Virus record (IMG/VR): IMGVR_UViG_3300017991_000124
Location: 1-58,359 of that record
Direction: 5' to 3' (one strand)
Length of the DNA: 58,359 nucleotides
Source of the DNA: a virus
Lineage: Duplodnaviria > Caudoviricetes
In this document: positions 53,979 through 58,359 of the stretch, piece after piece
Layout of the letters: each line of letters starts with the position of its first letter
Numbering within the stretch: the stretch's first letter is position 1
Program-made: the position numbers and the translations under genes
The notes under the pieces: model-generated
What the model was told of the DNA's origin: nothing
Seen by the model: the letters and a program-made list of their open reading frames with translations, nothing else
Databases searched by the model: none

Positions 53979-54355
53979 CGCCGCGCCCCCAGGTAGTTGA
54001 CCCACGCCAGCGCCTCCTGCAACTGCTCGAACAGCCCCTGCATGCCCAGCGGGCAGAGCGTCCGCCCGGGGATGTGCTCGCTGCGATCCTCCTCGTCCTC
54101 GTCCGTCGGGTCCACCAGGCAGATTCCTCGGAACCGGCTGACGGGTTCGTAGGCCGGGCACGGTTCGCCGCCGCAGACGCACAGCCCTCTCGCCCGGTGA
54201 TGCCAGCCGTAGGACGGGATCGCCCGCTTGCCGTTGCCGCAGTCCAGCGTGCCCAGCGTGCCGGATCCGATCGGCGGGGGTTCGTCGCCCCGCACCGGCC
54301 GGGTATCGTCCTTCGCCCGAGATCGGGCCCGCTCCACCGCCTCGCGCGTGTTCAT
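53975..54355 (-). CDS. Cys-rich hypothetical protein
   Basis: GGAGG SD; ATGA overlaps. Confidence 0.5.
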   Translation of the reverse strand: MNTREAVERARSRAKDDTRPVRGDEPPPIGSGTLGTLDCGNGKRAIPSYGWHHRARGLCVCGGEPCPAYEPVSRFRGICLVDPTDEDEEDRSEHIPGRTLCPLGMQGLFEQLQEALAWVNYLGARR

Positions 54356-55008
54356 CGCTCCTCCAAGTCGTAGGCCCAGACCCACGGGTTCGCCGCCCAC
54401 GGGAACCCGCGATCGGCGTTCAGGGCGTCCCAGCCCCGCTCGTACCATCCCCGGGGGTTGGGGTAGTCCGACAGCCACCGGTCCGGGCAGCCCTCGGCTA
54501 CCGCGTCCTCGGCGCTGATCTGCTGCACCCGCTGCACGCGCACCCGGGCCACCGTGCGCTCGATGCGGGACCACCTGCGCTTCATGTAGATCGGCGACAT
54601 CCACCGGACCGCCTCGTGGGTGTAGCGCAGGTACACCGCGCTCTCGTCGGTGCGGTAGACGATCACCTGGTGCGGTTCGCGTCCAAACCCCTGCGGCTCC
54701 TCGGTCACCGCAAACCCCTCGCGCATCCACACCAGATCGCCGGCTGCGACCACGGGCGTGATGCGGTGCATGGCGCCCGGCTCGTAGGGACTGCGATCCA
54801 GTTCGGCTGCAATCAGCGCCGGCCCCTGCTCCCGGTCCGGGGTGGCCGTGTCCAGGTCCAGAATATCCCACAGGCGCCGTAGGTACTTCCCGCCCTTGCC
54901 GTCCACCCGGCTGTTCCCCGGGGCGACCACGCGCCGGGTCTGCGACTTGCGCCCGGCCTGGAACGCGCGGATCGAGTCGGCGCCAAAGATCATGCCCCGG
55001 GCGGTCAT
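54352..55008 (-). CDS. ASCH/PUA-like phage protein
   Basis: GRKSQTRR, GDLVWMRE, SPIYMKR, DAVAEG, WAANPWVW. Confidence 0.8.
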   Translation of the reverse strand: MTARGMIFGADSIRAFQAGRKSQTRRVVAPGNSRVDGKGGKYLRRLWDILDLDTATPDREQGPALIAAELDRSPYEPGAMHRITPVVAAGDLVWMREGFAVTEEPQGFGREPHQVIVYRTDESAVYLRYTHEAVRWMSPIYMKRRWSRIERTVARVRVQRVQQISAEDAVAEGCPDRWLSDYPNPRGWYERGWDALNADRGFPWAANPWVWAYDLEER

Positions 55009-55769
55009 GCGGGCACCCCCGCGCGCTCGAGCAGGTCGGCCTTCACCACCACCAGCTTGCCCTCGCCGCGCAGCAGCGTCCGCACGCGCCGGTAGTACGC
55101 GGGCCAGTCGATGTCGTTCGCGCGCTTGTCGTAGTTCCACGCGCCCAGCTTGTAGGTGTCCACGTACGGCAGCGACGCCAGGATCATCGCCACGGACTGC
55201 CCGGGGGCGATCACCGGCTCGATGCTGGCCCAGGTCGGGATGCCCCGGGCGTGCGCCTGCTTCAACACATCGATCCTATCGGACGGCATCGCCGCCCCTG
55301 GTTCCCACTCCCGCGAGTCCGCCTCGGAGGCGAAGGTCAGCGTGCAGCCGAAGGCGTCGTGCTCGTCGAGCAGGTCCAGATCGCGCGTCGCCCGCAGTCC
55401 GCCCTTGGTCAGGATCGACACCCGCTGCCCGTGGTGCTTCAGGATGCGGACCGCCTGGCGCGTCAATGAGTGCTCGGTGCCGTACCGCTCGCCGAGTAGC
55501 GCGTCCATCAGCATGTAGGGGTCGTGCGTGAAGCTCAACAACACGGGCCGCGTGTTCCCCGCCTCCTCCAAGTCGATCGCGTCCAGGGTCAATCTGGAGA
55601 TCAACCCGGGGCGCTGTGCGGGCACCACAAACTCCTCGCGCTTCATCTTCAAGACGTTGGGCGAGTAGCAGTAGGCACAGCGATGATCGCACCCCCGGTA
55701 CAGCGACACCGCCAGTTCGGCGTACTCGCGCGCCCGGCCCTTGGGTTCGTAGATCACCCGCAGCTTCAT
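55005..55769 (-). CDS. Radical SAM protein (SplB-like phage family)
   Basis: YRGCDHRCAYCY (CxxxCxxC); DPY; ILTK; WASIEP. Confidence 0.88.
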   Translation of the reverse strand: MKLRVIYEPKGRAREYAELAVSLYRGCDHRCAYCYSPNVLKMKREEFVVPAQRPGLISRLTLDAIDLEEAGNTRPVLLSFTHDPYMLMDALLGERYGTEHSLTRQAVRILKHHGQRVSILTKGGLRATRDLDLLDEHDAFGCTLTFASEADSREWEPGAAMPSDRIDVLKQAHARGIPTWASIEPVIAPGQSVAMILASLPYVDTYKLGAWNYDKRANDIDWPAYYRRVRTLLRGEGKLVVVKADLLERAGVPA

Positions 55770-56401
55770 CGCTCGCCCCCCCCCGGCACCGGCCGGTCGG
55801 GGTACACCTCCGACCACTGGCGCCAGCCAGTATCGTTCTTCCCCTCGCGGTATCCGAGCAAAGGGTTCCAGTCGTGTTCGCCTGGGTTTATTTCGTCCGG
55901 CACGTCAACCTTGATCACGCCGACCGTCGCCGCAATCTCGCGCCCGAGAAACGTATTCTCGCCGACAGCCGTGACCAAAACAACACTGCGCCGGAGACAT
56001 CCGGTTCCGAATGGGTAGTGAGTGTTGACAAGAACGTCCCCGGACCGCACCACCGTACCGTTCGGCAGGGTCAGCGTGCGGTCGCCCAATCTGACAACGT
56101 AGAACGGCTCCGGGTCTCGCAGCCACTTCTCGAAGTGCTCGCGCAGTCGCTCTAGCTGGTCTGCGTCGAGAGTCCCGCTGTCGACTACCACCCGCATAGC
56201 GTTCGCCCAATCGTGCCCCCGTGTCAGGTATGCGATCTCCTCCCGCAGCCGCCGCACCTCGGCGATCAGCGCGCGTGCGTTCCTGGCTTCGACAGGGCCG
56301 TCGCTGTCCGCCCAGTTCTCTGCCGAGTATGCACGCTCCAGCCGCGCCAGTTCCGCGTCCGTCATCGGCTTGTGCTCGGTTGTGCCGTCATCCCTAGTCA
56401 T
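55766..56401 (-). CDS. Hypothetical protein
   Basis: AAGGAGG SD; ALIAEVRRLR motif; ATGA overlaps. Confidence 0.55.
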   Translation of the reverse strand: MTRDDGTTEHKPMTDAELARLERAYSAENWADSDGPVEARNARALIAEVRRLREEIAYLTRGHDWANAMRVVVDSGTLDADQLERLREHFEKWLRDPEPFYVVRLGDRTLTLPNGTVVRSGDVLVNTHYPFGTGCLRRSVVLVTAVGENTFLGREIAATVGVIKVDVPDEINPGEHDWNPLLGYREGKNDTGWRQWSEVYPDRPVPGGGER

Positions 56402-57078
56402 CGGGATTCCTCCTTGATCTCAATCGGTGGCAGCAAGTGCGCCCCGGGGTGGTAGTGGGGATCGCGCGTGTAGCGCGCACACCCCGCGCGGTACTGCTCG
56501 GTGGTCAGCGTGACGACGATCCCCCCGGCCTCCCGGCAGTTGTGGTGCGTCCCATCGTCGGCCGCCGCCGCCCCGTAGTAGCAGCACCCCTCGCACCCGA
56601 TCATCGCGCGCCCGGCATCGGGCACCAGCACCACGATTTCCCGCTCATGGCGCCGGTCGAAGTAGGCCACGATGTGATCGCGCGGGATGCGCCGCTCCAC
56701 CACCCGACGCCCGTGGCGCTCGGCGAATAGCGCGGCCACCGTGCGGTCCAGCGTCCACGAGATCACCGCGTCCAGATCCTCGCCGTCCCGCGTCGCCCGG
56801 TAGGCCACCACCACCGGGGGCAGGTCGCGCCACACCCGGCGGTCCTTTTTCTTCATCAGCTTCCAGCGACCGCGCCGGTTGACCTCGAACAGCGGGCGCC
56901 ACCGATCGAGTTCCAGCACGCGCCCCGCCTTGATCCACGCCGTCCCGAGCAACTGCCAGTAGATCGCGTCGTCGTGCACGGTGGGCAGCAGCCGCAGGGC
57001 AGCCGCCCGGAACGCGGGTAGGTGGTGTTCGTGCCGAATCAGCTCGTAAGCGATCGCGCTGTCGTGTTGGTTGGTCAC
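56398..57078 (-). CDS. ADP-ribosyltransferase-like protein with Cys-rich tail
   Basis: AYR...ISWT...HERE (R-S-E order). Confidence 0.5.
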   Translation of the reverse strand: MTNQHDSAIAYELIRHEHHLPAFRAAALRLLPTVHDDAIYWQLLGTAWIKAGRVLELDRWRPLFEVNRRGRWKLMKKKDRRVWRDLPPVVVAYRATRDGEDLDAVISWTLDRTVAALFAERHGRRVVERRIPRDHIVAYFDRRHEREIVVLVPDAGRAMIGCEGCCYYGAAAADDGTHHNCREAGGIVVTLTTEQYRAGCARYTRDPHYHPGAHLLPPIEIKEESR

Positions 57079-57683
57079 TTCGCCCCCCGCCTCCGCTCGA
57101 ACCACCGCACGATCTGCTTGCTCTCGTGCTTGGTCATCCCGCCGTGCTCGATGGTGATCCGCTTCGACTCCAGGTGCTTCCGCACCACGCGCAGGTCCGC
57201 CGCCCGCAATCCGTACGCGCGCAGGCCCTCGGCGAGCTCGGCCGGCGTCCACAGGATGCGCCCGGCCAGCGCCTGGCTCACCTCCATGTTGACCTCGAGC
57301 GCCTCGGCCTCGATCCGCGCCCGCTTGGCCCGGTCCAGGTAGCCGGTCAAAAACCCGTCGGGATCCTTCCTCCACTGGCGAACGTGGTGCATCTCGTGGC
57401 CCACCGTGCAGATGTGCCCGATCAACTGCAACCGCGTGCCCTTGTCCGCCAACCGGAACGGCAGGTAGACGGTGGGCTTGGTGACCAGCAGCGGTGGCAC
57501 CAGCGTCGTGGCGTAGGCCTCCATGAACCGGTCGGCGGCGCCGATCTTCAGCGCCTTGAGGAACGCCTGCACCGCGCGCATCTGCGCCGCGTCCCGCTTG
57601 CGCACGATCCGGGCGTGATGGTTGCGGGCCAGGTACCGGGCCACCCCCTTCACCTCGGCCGGCGTGATCGCGTAGTTGGTCAT
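57075..57683 (-). CDS. HExxH metallopeptidase-like protein
   Basis: GHEMHHVRQW...IEAEA. Confidence 0.6.
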   Translation of the reverse strand: MTNYAITPAEVKGVARYLARNHHARIVRKRDAAQMRAVQAFLKALKIGAADRFMEAYATTLVPPLLVTKPTVYLPFRLADKGTRLQLIGHICTVGHEMHHVRQWRKDPDGFLTGYLDRAKRARIEAEALEVNMEVSQALAGRILWTPAELAEGLRAYGLRAADLRVVRKHLESKRITIEHGGMTKHESKQIVRWFERRRGAK

Positions 57684-58359
57684 GACGCACCCCCGTCCGC
57701 CGCGCCGCCGAAAAATTGCTCGTATTCCTTGTTCCCGTACTGTCCCTGTGTAGCCTCGATCACTTCGCGCACCGTGTACTTGCTTTTCAGTTTGCCGTGC
57801 GTCTGCACGAAATTACGCACCCCAGCCTCACACGCCCCGGTGATCACCCGGTAGCTTTCGATGGCCTCGCGCGCCGTGATCTCCCGGTCCAGTGCCCACC
57901 CCTCGTAGGCGCTCTTGTCGCGCTCGCCAATCTTATACAGCAGCGACTCGCGCGCCTCTTTGATCGTGTCGCCGTGTGAATAGGTGCCGTCGGCCTCAAT
58001 GCAGTAGGTTGCCTTCGACTGGCCCACGGTGACGACCTTGTGGATTTTCACCCCGCCCTTCGACACCTTCGTCGCAACGATCCTGGACAGAATGTCGTCG
58101 GCAAACAAATATCCCTGACGCCGGAATGCCTCTGTTACCTGCCTTTTAGCGAACCGATTGCCAACTCCCGATTGCACATTCACCGGCAGCGACACGTCCG
58201 ACGCACCCCGCAGGTAGAGGTAGCCCCCCACGGTGGCCAGCACCGGCATCGACACGTCCGACGCACCCTCCAGGTAGAGGGAGCCGCCCACGGTGGCCAG
58301 CACCGGCATCGACACGTCCGACGCACCCCGCAGGTCGAGGGAGCCGCCCACGGTGGCCA
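57680..58359 (-). CDS. Solenoid-repeat phage protein, 5' truncated by window edge
   Basis: 20-aa repeats LATVGGSLxLxGASDVSMPV; C-terminal YRVITGACEAG. Confidence 0.75.
   Translation of the reverse strand, partial: ATVGGSLDLRGASDVSMPVLATVGGSLYLEGASDVSMPVLATVGGYLYLRGASDVSLPVNVQSGVGNRFAKRQVTEAFRRQGYLFADDILSRIVATKVSKGGVKIHKVVTVGQSKATYCIEADGTYSHGDTIKEARESLLYKIGERDKSAYEGWALDREITAREAIESYRVITGACEAGVRNFVQTHGKLKSKYTVREVIEATQGQYGNKEYEQFFGGAADGGAS
58181..58359. repeat. 60-nt tandem coding repeat, three copies visible
   Basis: caccggcatcgacacgtccgacgcacc... recurring at 58181, 58241, 58301. Confidence 0.9.

Noticed and set aside
76-57854. Long plus-strand ORFs (e.g. 25569-27926, 33841-36231, 49642-51867)
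   Set aside because: Antisense shadows of high-GC minus-strand genes, without recognisable motifs
1-58359. Genome-wide TAG reassignment
   Set aside because: Many genes end cleanly at TAG followed by the next gene's SD or promoter (e.g. 1380, 25743, 41455); only one internal TAG was noticed
1-58359. tRNA or rRNA genes
   Set aside because: None recognised by eye in the short intergenic gaps; tRNAscan was not run

Overview
High-GC, near-complete genome segment of a tailed phage or prophage with Mu-like head and contractile-tail modules; all but one supported gene lies on the minus strand. In transcription order (58359 to 1): early/accessory genes (radical SAM, two ASCH/PUA-like proteins, SMC-like ATPase, three DNA methyltransferases, RuvC-like resolvase, HhH-GPD glycosylase, ART-like protein), a small serine recombinase, TerL, a portal-gpF fusion, head, neck, sheath/tube, chaperones with a -1 slippery site, tape measure, baseplate, fibres, HTH regulators, a YqaJ exonuclease and its partner protein. 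The standout is a cassette inside the baseplate operon (about 16.4-18.25 kb): a stand-alone RAMP/Cas7-like gene followed directly by a three-unit array of (GGC-NN) pentamers, each unit closed by a covarying hairpin. This suggests an RNA-guided system with a non-contiguous code. Also notable are a C5 methyltransferase gene with two alternative-frame ORFs (one an HNH nuclease) and an in-frame amber codon early in the recombination gene. Calls come from motif recognition and synteny by eye; no searches were run.
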